A stretch of DNA of 64,000 bases from Eledone cirrhosa (Eukaryota): assembly GCA_964016885.1 (NCBI GenBank), contig OZ024749.1, forward strand, positions 31,372,001-31,436,000. The letters run 5' to 3'. Position 1 is the first letter of the stretch. Each line of letters starts with the position of its first letter. Positions 11,145 to 25,165 of the stretch are shown here, one piece after another. The notes beneath the pieces were generated by a model, which was not told the origin of the DNA, made no database searches, and saw only the letters and a program-made list of their open reading frames with translations. Both the position numbers and the translations under genes were made by a program.

Positions 11145-13236
11145 ATTTACCTCAAATGTGTTATGTGAAGAGAAAAGATACCTGGACTCAATTGGTTCCG
11201 GTTTGGTTAAGAAAGACCTCGATACTGTTGGTTCTGGACTGATCAGAAGAAACTTGGATTCCGTTGGGTCTGGTCTTATAAAAAAACAGCTAGACTCAGT
11301 CGGGTCGGGGTTAATCAAACGGCATTTAGACTCAGTCGGCTCCGGACTCATTAAAAGACAATTAGATTCCGTTGGTTCCGGTCTTATTAAAAGACAATTA
11401 GATTCCGTTGGCTCCGGTCTTATCAAACGGCAATTAGACTCGGTTGGATCCGGTCTTATTAAAAGACAATTAGACTCCGTCGGGTCTGGTCTTATTAAAA
11501 GACAATTAGACTCCGTTGGCTCTGGACTCATTAAAAGACAATTAGACTCCGTGGGATCTGGTCTTATTAAAAGACAATTAGATTCTGTAGGGTCTGGACT
11601 GATCAAGAGGAACCGAAATGGTGATAAATCTGGAACCGCATCAGGCGACAGTGACTGGCAGGGAGATGGCATAGACTCAATTGGACCCTACATAATTTTA
11701 AGACGTTTTGATTCCAGTCTGAACGAAAATGACTATGATTCAGTTGGAGGTAGATTAAACCGTAGAAACCTTGACTCGGTCGGATCTGGTTTAATCCGTA
11801 GAAACTTTGATACCATTGGATCCGGATTAATCCGAAGGAATCTTGACTCTGTTGGATCTGGACTTATTAAAAAGAATTTGGACAGCATAGGATCTGGTCT
11901 CATCAAAAGGCAATTAGACTCTGTTGGCTCTGGGCTAATCAAAAGGCAATTAGACTCTGTTGGATCTGGTCTCATCAAAAGGCAGCTAGACAGCGTTGGA
12001 TCTGGACTGATAAGAAGGAATCTTGATTCTATTGGATCTGGTCTCATCAAAAGACAGCTAGACAGCGTTGGATCTGGACTGATAAGAAGGAATCTTGATT
12101 CTATTGGATCTGGTCTTATCAAAAGACAGCTAGACAGCGTTGGATCTGGACTGATAAGAAGGAATCTTGATTCTATTGGATCTCGTCTCATCAAAAGACA
12201 TCTAGACGCTATTGGTTCAGGATTAATACGAAGAAATTTGGATTCCATTGGATCTGGTCTTATTAAAAGGCAGCTAGACTCTGTTGGATCTGGTCTCATC
12301 AAGCGAAATTTAGACTCTGTTGGATCTGGACTCATTAGACGAAATTTGGACTCCATTGGATCGGGTTTAATCAAAAGGCATTTGGACTCTGTCGGCTCTG
12401 GTCTTATTAAACGACAGTTAGACTCCGTGGGATCCGGTCTTATTAAACGACAGTTAGACTCCGTGGGATCTGGTCTTATTAAACGACATTTAGACTCAGT
12501 AGGATCTGGTCTTATTAAACGACAGTTAGACTCAGTGGGATCTGGTCTTATTAAACGACATTTAGACTCTGTAGGATCTGGGCTTATTAAACGACAATTA
12601 GACTCTGTGGGATCTGGTCTTATTAAACGACAATTAGACTCTGTGGGATCTGGTCTCATCAAGCGAAATTTAGACTCAGTAGGATCTGGTCTTATTAAAC
12701 GACAGTTAGACTCCGTGGGATCAGGTCTTATTAAACGACAGTTAGACTCAGTAGGATCTGGTCTTATTAAACGACAATTAGACTCAGTAGGATCTGGTCT
12801 TATTAAACGACAATTAGACTCTGTAGGATCTGGTCTTATTAAACGACAATTAGACTCTGTAGGATCTGGTCTTATTAAACGACAATTAGACTCTGTAGGA
12901 TCTGGTCTTATTAAACGACAATTAGACTCTGTAGGATCTGGTCTTATTAAACGACAATTAGACTCTGTAGGATCTGGTCTTATTAAACGACAATTAGACT
13001 CTGTAGGATCTGGTCTTATTAAACGACAATTAGACTCTGTAGGATCTGGTCTTATTAAACGACAATTAGACTCTGTAGGATCTGGTCTTATTAAACGACA
13101 ATTAGACTCTGTAGGTTCTGGTTTGATCAGGAGAAGTGGCGGGAAATGGCTTTACGGTAAAGATAGCCGAATGTATATACCGTACAGACAAGATGAGCCG
13201 ATGGTGTCATGGAATGGACTCGATCAAGAAATGTAA
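11145..13236 (+). CDS. Terminal coding exon of a multi-copy neuropeptide precursor, pedal peptide/orcokinin-type (50 x [Q/N/H/Y/D]LDS[V/I]GSGLI-like decapeptides)
   Basis: Open frame of 12-aa units separated by KR/RR/KK sites, with mostly synonymous variation between units. Polypyrimidine tract and TTTTGCAG acceptor end at 11144 (phase 2). Exon starts FTSNVLC-EEKR, resembling a signal peptide end. Stop TAA at 13234-13236. Family call rests on the D-S-[IV]-G motif and lack of amidation Gly. Confidence 0.92.
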
Positions 13237-13633
13237 TATCGATAAGAACAACAAAAAGGAAATGGAAATACAATTACAAATAAACAACAAACATGAAACA
13301 AAAGTGAATATTAAACGAAAACAAACGAAAATGAACACAAACAACAACAATGAAATCAATAAAGGAAACAACAACATTTGTTATCGATCTTTCTCACTGA
13401 TTTTTTTTGTTGATATTTTTTTTTTTTTTTTCTTGGCGAAAGAAATATGTGATGCGAAAATGATTACCAACCTACCGGGATATATATATACAGAATATAT
13501 TATTATGTATAAAAAGAAAAAAGGAAACAAAATTGATATATATATACATATACATACACCTACACCCGCTTAAAAATATACGCATATCATTATACATATA
13601 TACGTATATATGAATGTAGAATCATACACACAC

Positions 13634-13707
<74 letters not shown>

Positions 13708-13726
13708 ATATATATATATATATATA

Positions 13727-13805
<79 letters not shown>

Positions 13806-14121
13806 ATATATGTATATATATATATATATATATCCATATATATATATATATATGCATGTGTATATATACAAAAATGGTATAAATACAAAGATCTAATGAA
13901 ATGAAAACAACAAAAAAATTAAATATATATATATAAACGCTAATAATTTCCAAAACATACACACACATACATACATACATACATATGTATATATATATAT
14001 ATATATATACGAAGAAAGAAAACGACGGAAAAATTGAGACACGATGAAGATGAAAGGACAATTTGGAAGATGAGATGGGATTTGGAAATATACGGTTTCA
14101 GATTTTTAAAAGAAAATTCTT

Positions 14122-14127
14122 AATAAA
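14122..14127 (+). promoter_or_regulatory. Candidate polyadenylation signal of the neuropeptide gene
   Basis: AATAAA ~0.9 kb after the stop, followed by T/GT-rich sequence. Other AATAAA hexamers occur nearer the stop. Confidence 0.35.
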
Positions 14128-14151
14128 CTTTTTATTTTCTGTTGTATACTT

Positions 14152-14186
<35 letters not shown>

Positions 14187-14679
14187 GCTGATGATGATGA
14201 TATTGATGGTGATGATGATGATGAGAAGGAGGATGAGGGCTAAGCCAATAATTATGATCACATTACTGACGATGATTACAATGTTGGAGATGCGCCTATG
14301 ATGGTGATGATGATGATTATGACGATAACGGTGATGATAATAACGATGATGATGATGGCTATGACGATAATGATAGTGATAATAATGACAGTATTAATTG
14401 TTATGATTTTTACACCAGATATGTTAAAATTTCCCGCTCTGTAGTTAGACAAAATATTTATTTCGCATTAATAAAAGTAAATTATTAACAAAAAAATAAT
14501 GATAATTATAAAATAAAGAAACATAATTATAATAATGATTTCATAATTATAATAATATTAATAATAAAAGCAGATAATAAAAAAGAAAAAAATTCACACA
14601 GTCTATATTTTTTTTTCAGAATATTTTTTTATTTCAGCCATAGAAAGTTGAAATGGGTGAGAAGTTTCAATGCTGGAAT

Positions 14680-14900
14680 GGTTTCTGATTTTGGCACAAG
14701 GACAGTAATCTGAAGGGGAGGGGGGTGGGGGTCAACCAAATCGACCCCAGTGCGTGACTGGTACTTTATTTCATCGGCATTTTAAGGATGAAAGGCAAAG
14801 CTAATGTTGGCAGGTTTTGAACTAAGAGAGCAGTTAACCAGGAACAAAGACCGAAGCATATATCAATCTGACGCTATTACGACGCTGTTAATTCACGTAA
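14680..14900 (-). mobile_element. SINE family A
   Basis: CTGGTACTTTATTT...GGATGAAAGGCAAAG...TTTGAACT. Confidence 0.7.
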
Positions 14901-15089
14901 TTCATAGAATATTCATTAGACTGCTTTATGATATTCGTTTCTGCTTTCTACACCATGGGTATACTTTGATTTTCATCGTTTGTTGTCGATAAATAAATTA
15001 CCGTTCATGATTGAGGTCGATATTTTTCCTCTATACCTCTTTAAAGCCGTTCTCTGCGCTCGTAATTCAAATCAAATATGAGTTCCGGG

Positions 15090-16078
15090 GATTAGTAATA
15101 TCGGTAGAGCGTCGGACATACTTCTTTCTCGGCATAGAGTTCAAATCCTGCCATGGTCAGCTTTTCTTTTGGTGTCGATAAAATAGAATACCAGTAATTC
15201 ACTAGGGTGGATTTAATCGATTTCCCCTCCCGCAAAATGGTTGGCATTTTGCGAATTGGCAATACCGGTAGAGGGTTGGGCGCCATGCTTTCTAGCATAG
15301 TTACGTCCCTTTACAGTCTGAGTTCAAATCCCGCCGAGGTTAACTTCGCCTTTCATCCTTACGGGGTCGATAAAATAAAGTACCAGTAATGTACTGGGTA
15401 TTTGCTGGCCTTGTGCCTAAAGTAGAAACAATTATAATTATTATTGGTGGATTAGCAGTATCGGTAGAGGGTCGGACGCCATGCTTTGCAGCAAAGAGTT
15501 ACGGCCCTTTATGGTCTGAGTTCAAATCACGTCGAGGTTAACTTTGCCTTTCATCCTTACGGGGTCGATGATAAAATAAAGTACCAGTAATGCACTGGGT
15601 AATTGCTGGCCTTGTGCTAAAAGTAGAAACAATTATTATATAATAACCATAATAGTAATTATGATAATAGTTTCGGTAGAGCGTCGGACAACAAGTGTTG
15701 TGGAATAGAGTTACGTCCCTTTATCTTCTGAGTTCAAGTCTCACCGAAGTCAACTTTGCCTTTCATCCTTATGGGGGTCGATAAAATAAAGTACCAGAAA
15801 TACACTGGGTCGATTTAATCGACTTTCCCCTCCCCCAAATTTGCTGGCCTTATGTCTAAATCAGAAACCATTATCCTTATATAAGTACGGTGGATTGGCA
15901 GTATCGGTAGAGGGTCGGACGCCATGCTTTCCAGTATAGAGTTACGTCCCTTTACGGACTGTTTTCAAATCCCGCCGAGGTTAACTTTGCCTTTCATCAT
16001 TATGGGGGCGATAAAACAAAGTACCAGTAATGTACCCGGTAATTGCTGGCCATGTGCCAAACGTAGAAACAATTATTC
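15090..16078 (+). mobile_element. Head-to-tail array of five SINE family A copies
   Basis: CGGTAGAG heads near 15102, 15267, 15462, 15674 and 15905, each followed by a B box and the core. Confidence 0.85.
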
Positions 16079-17099
16079 TTATATAAGCACAAAGCCGGAT
16101 AAATTTCGTGTTGGTTAACGTGAAACCGGTTCGTGTCTTGTACTTCATTTGCTAAACACAACCGATTTCCTTTCGGAGAAATATAGCACGAGGGGCACAG
16201 GATGGGGAGAGAGGTGGAAAGAGAGACAGAAAGAAAAAGAGAGGGGGAAGAAGGAGAACATTATAAAAAGCAACATACAAGAAAAGCCGAATATAGTACT
16301 GGATTGGTACTTTTTACTAACTTCAAAATGCTGAAGAGCAAAGTTGACCTCATGGTGTTAATAAGTGGAACAAATACAGCAAACGTTCTATCGGATGTCG
16401 TCACAACTCTACCAATAAAATGTAAGAGGGTTTCCAATGAATGAAAATTTGGGGTGCGGCTGTGTGTGGAGGAAGAATATTAAAGATGGTCGTGTCTGTG
16501 GAAAGCTCTGCGATGACTTGTATAATAATTTCCTGATCAGGCTATTCCGTTGGTCGAACAAATGGAACACTCAACATCGAACATAATCGATAATTATTGA
16601 ATAGTACACATGGAAGGAATGTTTAAAGTAATTCCCTGTGTCCATTTGTTAGTGGACCTCCGTCGGTTTCGACGATGAGTGTTTCAGTTCTTCTATGAAT
16701 GGAAATAACTGTTCAGGAAGTTAATGCGCAAGTAACTGAACATTACATAGTCTCATGCACTCTTACTGTAATATTCAGTGTGATCTTGCGTGATACATTT
16801 GTGTGACAAGACTGGATCATTGAATTACTGGTATATGTAATGGGGTAAGAATAACAATCGAAAGAATGAAATGTGAATACTTAGAGAAGAATTCTTAACA
16901 CGTAGTATGGGCATATTGAGGTTTTAACTAAATACTTGAAAATTTGAACCTGTATCACGGACTCTCAGTTCTATATTTGCGTTCTATATTTGCGTCCTAT
17001 AACCACTATTAACCACTGCTCCGCATCCTTTCATTCATATCTATGAAGAAACTAAAGAACTTGACGAGAGCACATACTAAGAGGAAGGATTATACCTTC

Positions 17100-18400
17100 A
17101 TTTCCTTCAGGTGTCACTACAATAAACAGGACCAGCGGTACCATTAAAGCCAACCTGACAGCGTCTTGAACAGATACGACAGATAGCGCTAACATGACTG
17201 GAGAATTCCTCTCACACTAGTATCCCACCTGAACAAAAGCATCTTTAACACTCCACCCTATCATACAACGGATATCTATGACATCCCGCAAATCGTTACG
17301 TCTTACAATCACATAGTTTGTCATATGCAAAGGAAACGAACGTGGGTGCATCCAGGGCCCTGTGCTTCTGTTTGAACTTATACCAAGACTGAATTCCTGT
17401 CGCAACTGTAACAGATGAAGTCCGTTGCTTTACAATTTCCCATTCCATGACGACCTTTGCTGCTCCATCTAGTAACGTCACATTCGTCATGAGTGTTCAG
17501 ATCACCCTACACTATAATTTTGTTATTTTTCTTTTCATTGTTGAAGACTCTTCTCAGATTCACGTAAATTTTCTCTATCATATTTCTTCTTGACAACTTC
17601 AAGAATTGAAGTTTAAAAACTGATCAAAATCATGAAGTGGTTAAAGTGGAACGGCAAACTAAGTATCATACTCTGATGGGAGGCACCGTGCGAAAGCTCT
17701 GTCAGGGAAGTTGTTAGAGCGAAGCCGGCTCCAGCTTCACGACGCACAGTTTGCAGTCGACCATTGGTGTATCCTTAGTCTAGTTCATCTAGCTGCCATC
17801 CTTGGGCAGCCGTGTTTCAGAGAGAGCAACCATATCCAATTGATAACGATGGACATCTTTGTAGATCAGAAAAGTTCAAGATGATCGAACCCGGTATATC
17901 CAATAGCGTTTGTATGTTCCAGGACGCAATTTTCAAAGATGCCTTTGAAGATGTATTCTGTCCGCGATTCGTCTTATTAGTCATTTCATTACGAGTATTT
18001 TGCCTTGATAACTGAGTAGCCACCAACTACTGGTCACTGAGCAACCTAGATATATGTTAACTATGTTTAGACCACCTTTACTAGGCTCCGCCTGGCTAAC
18101 AGGTAAGCAGTGTTATCCCTGAAAAGTGCTGCTCCGTCACTTGGAGTGTTGCAGCGCTGTACCCCTGCCGAAGATGGGAGACAAATACACCAATATCCCA
18201 AGTCACCTATGCGTGATATTGCTACTATCTACTTTCAACTTATTAGGCCTATGCGCATCACAGCTATGGCCACAGCCGTAGGTATTTTGAATGAACCGTT
18301 TCCCGTTATCCCTTTAAAGGTTTAAGAATTTCCTGTGAATGAATTTGATAATAGAGGACATGGATTGCACAGAACCACGCTCACCTTTTATACGAAACCA
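17100..18400 (-). mobile_element. Degenerate RTE (BovB-like) LINE 5' region with AP-endonuclease remnants
   Basis: LKIASWNIQTLLD (APE N-terminal motif) at ~17900 and WMHPRS...YVIVRRNDLRDV..IRCMIG (RTE APE C-terminal motif) at ~17260-17360. Confidence 0.75.
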
Positions 18401-18692
18401 ACAAAAAGAAATCTTTAGCCCAACATAGGTTGGAACAACCAGAAACGGATTCATCTTCAGGTTTCATATCAGTTTCCATCTCTTAGTAGACCGCTGTGCT
18501 TTGACGTTTATGTTTTCATCCCTCAAGATATCAAAAACAAATCACCCTCCTCACCAAGCAGCTATGGTCTAGTTTCCAGTGTAGTCACCAGTGATCAGAC
18601 CTGGTGGCATGTTACCACTAGCACTTGAGAGGGAGCTGATATACATATATACGTACAAACATCCATCCATCCATTCATACATACATACATAC

Positions 18693-19062
18693 ATGGTGGC
18701 TGCCAACTCGTTTTCGTGTACGGCCACTACTTTATATCCATGTAGGAGAACCCCTACCGATGCGCTGAACGAGTGTGACTTTTTAGTCCAGCCAGCGACT
18801 TGAAAACTCTGGTACAAACACTACACTTGTGACAATTATTGACACATAGTGCTGGGCCCATGGTACCATGTGACGACAAGTGCAGAGAGATCTCCAGATA
18901 TAAAGCAATGCCTGTGCTGTGAAGCTTTTATAGTGAGCAAAGGCACGGCACAAAGACAGTCCCACTCTCTTAACCAAGATGATATTTACCAAAAAGAAGA
19001 ACAAGTCAACATCATTGGATACCATCAGGGTGCAGGTGTTATATCAGAGTTTTCCTTCTCCT
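18693..19062 (-). mobile_element. Dispersed ~370-bp repeat, probably RTE-related and non-autonomous
   Basis: Near-identical reverse complement of 62013-62383. Begins GGAGAAGGAAAACTCTGA on -, and lies between microsatellites. Confidence 0.7.
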
Positions 19063-19424
19063 ATATACATACATACATACATACATTGTGTTTTTCTTCA
19101 TTATTAACAGACAAAATGTAAATTCCAAATTAGACGAAATAACATTCAAACAATCAAATAGGGGCAATGAGCGCAAGCAAAGAAGAGCACAAAATTTGAC
19201 GATACAACACAACATTAGACGAAACATTACGAATAATAACGAACTATTACGGAAATGTCGTGAACGGCAGCAATTTTGAGGCCCCGGAAAATGTCACGTA
19301 AAATGCCATAGAGTTATAAATAATAAAATCTGACAACTTAATATATAGAACTGGTTAATTCTCAAAGGAGGACTTAAATATATGCGTATGTATACGTGCA
19401 GCTAAGTATGTATGTATTTATGTA

Positions 19425-19526
<102 letters not shown>

Positions 19527-19554
19527 CATATATATACATATATATATATACGCA

Positions 19555-19599
<45 letters not shown>

Positions 19600-20299
19600 A
19601 TACATTTGTGTGTATGTATTTGAATATATGTCTGTGTATGTATAACTCTATCTCTCCTTCTATCCCTCTCCCTCTCTCTCTATATATATGTATATATATA
19701 TATATATATGCATGTATGTATGTGCGTTACCGTATGTGTGTGAACATACAGCGAGAAAGAGAAAGTGGGAGAAACATTTATATTTGATATTTGAGAGCGT
19801 ATACTTAAGTATACATTTATGTGTGTGTGTGTGTGCACACAACCAGACGTGTGTGCTTATGTATGTGTTTGAATGCTTAGATGTGTGTGTGTGTGTTTGT
19901 GTGCCTGTGTGTGTGTGTGTTTATCACTTTTAATATTTTCATTTTATGTTGTAGTTTTCCATTTCCGTATAAAGATTCCGCGTCTAATTGGTTTGTTTGT
20001 TATTTGTTTTTCCTAAAGACGGTTTTACAATATATTTCTTAAACGATTATTGCTGAATATCACTCAGAATGGTTATTTGGTGTTTATAATAACACAAAAG
20101 TTTACTCTTAAGACAACCTCTATATTGATCTGTATTTTACACTTGACCTTTATTAATTCTTTGTGCACGGGAGTGGAGATTTTTATATGCAAGTTACTTG
20201 TTACTTTGGTATTTGTACTTAGTTAAAATTGAACAGTAATCTTGGGTGCCATAGTCTGTAAAGTTTAAAAGATCAGTCTGAAAAACCTCTAAGAACAAC

Positions 20300-20850
20300 T
20301 ACAGATGGGAACAGATTTGTGCTCTTAATGATAAATGGTAAATGTTTGCGGTAAGCATTTATCTGCGAAGTGAAGATAAAACCTCAGGCTGCTATTTCGA
20401 ATAAAAGAACAACATATATTGGGTTTACCAAAGTCAGTATTAAACACCGCATTTATAATCACACATCGACCTTCAGCAATCGGCTGCTCTCTGATAGGTT
20501 TGTAGTTGAGCCTCTGGCAGTAGAGATTTCGGACGTGCTTGCCCCCACCCCGCCGGACTAAATCTCTGCCTGCTTAATGCTATCGAAGCGGAGTTAGCCT
20601 ACAGAAAGTGTCAGCCAGGTGAGATGGAGTGGATGTTCCCGTGCGTTTCCCTCGCCGTCCTTTGGGACAATGTCTTCTCCATCCTTTCGGCCCAGACAAC
20701 AAGAAAGATTTAAGATATGTTGTTTGTATACTATGTTTTACTTTATTTCTAGGTTATCAAACTTTTTAGCTTTATTGATAAAGATAAATAAAAAGAAGCC
20801 TACAACCTTATCCAGCTATACATGACAACTAAAGGAAAATTTCAACACCA
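20300..20850 (+). pseudogene. Old PLE GIY-YIG remnant interrupted by a ~300-bp insertion
   Basis: NGKCL...ICEVK...TYIGFTK...KHRIYNHTSTF, then after the insertion KPTTLSSYT*QLKE. Parallels the motifs at 32011-32646. Confidence 0.65.
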
Positions 20851-22028
20851 ACTGCTAATTATTTGAATACAGCATACATAACAGCAAATATTTAATAAAA
20901 TACTTTTTATAAGTGCTTCCGCTGGTCACTGTGGCTGGCTTATAGCAGACAGTGATTTCACCTATATATTGATATAAAAAACGTTTGGCCATTCAGTATT
21001 AATTACCAAATAAAAACTAACTATTGTCAGGAGATGTGAATGGACATCAAGTTTCTCAGTTTATCTGTTAGAAATAGCTGTGAAATCTCGTTCAAATAAA
21101 TGTCTTTATATATTAAAATATAAGATGTGCACACTGGGAAATAAGGCCAGCCTGCTGGAGGCGTAGCCGGATTCGAACTCAGAAGGTATATAGCCGGAAT
21201 ATATGACACACACTTTTTATAACGTTTCTACCAACCTACTGTCCAAAGATTGTTACAATATTTTGTATCGATCTTGAAAGGATGAAAAGCAAAGTTGACC
21301 ACGGTGGGATTTGAACTCAATGAGCAGGCGGCCGTAACAAATACTGTAGCCATTAATCCGACACGCTCATAATTTTGCTAATACATTGTACTCCTCCCAA
21401 AACATCACCACCGCCACCACCATCACCACTTCTAATACAATATTTAATTCTATCCTGATTGATAACACTTTCTTTCAGCCAAAATGTTTATTTTGACACA
21501 AAACATACAAAGAATGACTTAATCATTCATCTGTATTGTACAGATTAGCATTCATTTATTTACTTAATTATTTTATTTAGTTTTATAAAAATTTAGCGTT
21601 TGTTTATTTATAATTTCTGTCCTGCGACTCGTCTCTTCAGTAAATGCGTTAAATGTCAACAAACATTATTTCCATTAGTTGTTATATGAGAAGCGACAGT
21701 GTTAACGTATATTTACATAAATAATGTTAGTAATTACAGCAGCTAACGACGTGAGTTCAATTTACTTCTTTACTTGCAAGTAGGGAAGGACAGAAGTAAA
21801 ACAATCAAAGAGAACGGAACAAGACAAACAACAGATCAACATCGCCCATAAATGCATGTATGGTGTGTATTACATAAATGATATAATCATCCATACATAC
21901 GTATATATATATATAAAACAAATATATCTATTATATTATATACATATATATATATATTTATATACGTATATATATATATATATATAAGTATATATATGTA
22001 TATATATATAAGTATATATATATGTATA

Positions 22029-22126
<98 letters not shown>

Positions 22127-22329
22127 CCTTGCAGATGAGATCTGTTCGCAGACAACAGGTGTGGTCATCAGACATTTGGTATCAATTCATTTCTATTTTC
22201 TATTAATTGACTATCGATTACGAGCTGGAAGCGTGTTAAAGAGTTGGCACTGAATATGTCAAATAGAAAGAGATAGATGTCTAGAAACGTCCTTATAACA
22301 TCTCATGTTTTCTACTACTAAGTGTGTAT

Positions 22330-22854
22330 TGTTTGCTGTAGCAGTGTATGTGTGTGTGAGTGTATATATATAAGTGAGTCGGGGGGAAGGCGTATGTGTA
22401 TATATATGTAAGTATATCTGGGGAGAAGATTTGTGTGTGTGTGTGTGGGGGGGTCTGTGTATGTGTGGGTCTGTGTATGTGTGGGTCTGTGTTTATGTGT
22501 CTGTGTGAGTCTGTGTCTGTGTATGTGTATATATATGTGTATATATATAAGTAAGTGTGTCAGAGGAGAAGTTTTATGAGTGTGTGTGTGTGGGTCTGTG
22601 TATGTGTGTGTCTGTGTTTATGTGTCTGTGTGAGTCTGTGTCTGTGTATGTGTATATATATAAGTAAGTGTGTCAGAGGAGAACTTTTGTGAGTGTGTGT
22701 GTGTGGGTCTGTGTATGTGTGTGTCTGTGTGTATGTGTCTGTGTGAGTCTGTGTATGTGTATATATATGTAAGTATATCTGGGGAGAAGATTTGTGAGTG
22801 TGTGTGTGGATCTGTGTATGTGTGTGTCTGTGTGAGTCTGTGTGTGTCTGTGTA

Positions 22855-22910
<56 letters not shown>

Positions 22911-23472
22911 AGTGTGTCAGAGAAGTTTTGTGAGTGTGTGTGTGGGTCTGTGTATGTGTGTGTCCGTGTGTATGTGTCTGTGTGAATCTGTGTCTGTGTA
23001 TGTGTATATATATATATATATATGTGTGTATATATATATGTATATATATATGTAAGTGTGTCAGAGGAGAAGTTTTGTGAGTGTGTGTGTGTGTGTGCGT
23101 CTGTGTATGTGTCAGTATGTGTATGTATGCGTGTGTGTATATATACGTAAGTGTGTCTGGGCAGAAGCATTGTGAGTGTGTGAGTGTGTGTGTGTGTGTC
23201 TGTGTGTGTGTGTCTGTGTGTGTGTATGTAAGTGTGTCTAGAGAGAGTAAGAGAGAGAGAGGAAGTGAAAGAGAGAAAGACATGGATAGAGAAGTTTTTG
23301 TGTGTGTATATATAGGTGCGTCGGGGGAGTCGTTTGTGTGTGTATGTGTGTCGGTGTGTGTCTGTGTATGTGTGTGTGTTTGTGTGTATGCGTGTGTGTG
23401 TCTGTGTGTGTGTGTGTCTGCGTGTGTGTGCGTGTGTGTGTCTGTGTCTGTGTATGTGTCTGTGTCAGGGGG

Positions 23473-23521
<49 letters not shown>

Positions 23522-23790
23522 TGTGTGTGTGTCTGTGTGTGTGTGTCTGTGTGTGTGTGCGTGTGTGTGTCTGTGTATGTGTCTGTGTCAGGGGGAAGTG
23601 TGTGTGTGTGTGTGTGTATGTGTGTATGTGTGTATGTGCGTGTGTGTGTGTCTGTGTGTGTGTGTCTGTGTGTGTGTGCGTGTGTGTGTCTGTGTATGTG
23701 TCTGTGTCAGGGGAAGTGTATGTGTGTGTTTGTGAGTGTATATATAAGTGTGTAGGGGGAGATGTTTGTGTGAGTATCTGTGTATACGTG
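22330..23790. repeat. (GT)n-based compound mini/microsatellite with ~120-bp higher-order units
   Basis: Recurrent GTAAGTGTGTCAGAGGAGAAG and TGTCAGGGGGAAG anchors between GT runs. Confidence 0.85.
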
Positions 23791-24269
23791 TGTTGGTGGC
23801 AGGAGGTTTCTTTTATCGCAACGGGTTTCAATGAAATACGATATATGTCAGATGAAGTGTTAGACTACCAGCCAGTTAGAAGCATCCACCTTCAACAATT
23901 CTTGACAGTTATCGACCAACAAACTGACAGACCAACGGTTTGGGACCTCTCTACTCTGGGTCCAAATCCCAGTAAAATACATACAGGAAGAAATATTTAG
24001 AATGTTAAACAAAATATTTTGCTTTCTTTGTTTCCATTCTTTATATTCTAAATATTACACAAAGAAAAGCAACACCAGTCTACCTCTTTGATTTTTTAGT
24101 TACGCTTGGTTTTTTTTTTAGATGAAAATTCCATGACAAGCCCATAAATTACCAAAGATTTTTCCCTAGTTAAGGGCAAAGAAAAGAAAATGTTTAGAAC
24201 ATAATATATTATACTATACTATAATATATTATATTATAATATATTATATTATATTATATTATATTATGC

Positions 24270-24418
24270 TTTGACGCATAGAGTTACGGCCCTTGCCATT
24301 CTGAGTTCAAATCCCGTCGAGGTTAACTTTGCCTTTCATCGTTACGGGGTCGATAAAATAAAGTACCAGTAATGTACTGGATAATTGCTGGCCTTGTGCC
24401 TAAAATAGAAACAATTAT
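24270..24418 (+). mobile_element. 5'-truncated SINE family A
   Basis: GAGTTCAAATCCCG...GCCTTTCATC...GTACCAG...GGCCTTGTGCC. Confidence 0.8.
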
Positions 24419-25095
24419 ATTATATTATGTTGCATTAAATCTTATTGTTGCCTGTGCAATAAATGATGCTTAAATATACAATATGTGCAATAACAATCTA
24501 TACAATACTTAAAATACATAACATTCGTTACTATGTATTCTATTGAAGCTGCAAGGTTTACTTTACATTACATACAATTAATTTACACAAAAGGATATAG
24601 AGCATATACTCACATTTTTTTTATTTGTATGATTAGATTCAATTTCATTGCAAGTTGCTACTATTTAACTGGGCTCAGATTTACTTACTATCTCTCTGCA
24701 TACGATGTTCTTTTTCAGTTTTATTAACTCGCTTCTCTTGTTTATCAGTGTTCAGTACTTTAATTTTTACATCTGACTGTCTGTGTACTCTTGTAATAGT
24801 GACACAGAATTGCCTATGGATAAATACTAGCTCAGGAAGAAACAAACCCGCTTTGTCGTATGTCAACCCCTGCTTCTTTCTCTTCTATCTAAAAATAGAC
24901 TATACACCACCTGCGAGTCTACTTTTTTTCTCACTCCTCATTTTATCCTCTCTTTCTTTCTCTCTCTCCCTCACTCTTCCATCAACCCCCCCCCCCCCCT
25001 TCCCTCCGTCTCTCTCTTTCTTTTTTCATCTATCTTTAACTCTCCCGTCCTTGTTTATTCTGCTCTTTTCTATCTATTCATCTCATTTTTATCCC

Positions 25096-25165
<70 letters not shown>

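Noticed and set aside
11133-12662. Antisense ORFs (179 and 309 aa) over the neuropeptide repeat
   Set aside because: Shadow frames of a repetitive coding sequence.
11179-13128. 36-bp periodic array as CRISPR
   Set aside because: No unique spacers; it is a coding tandem repeat in eukaryotic DNA.
15255-15340. tRNA genes at A/B-box motifs
   Set aside because: They are SINE heads with no cloverleaf, followed by the SINE core.
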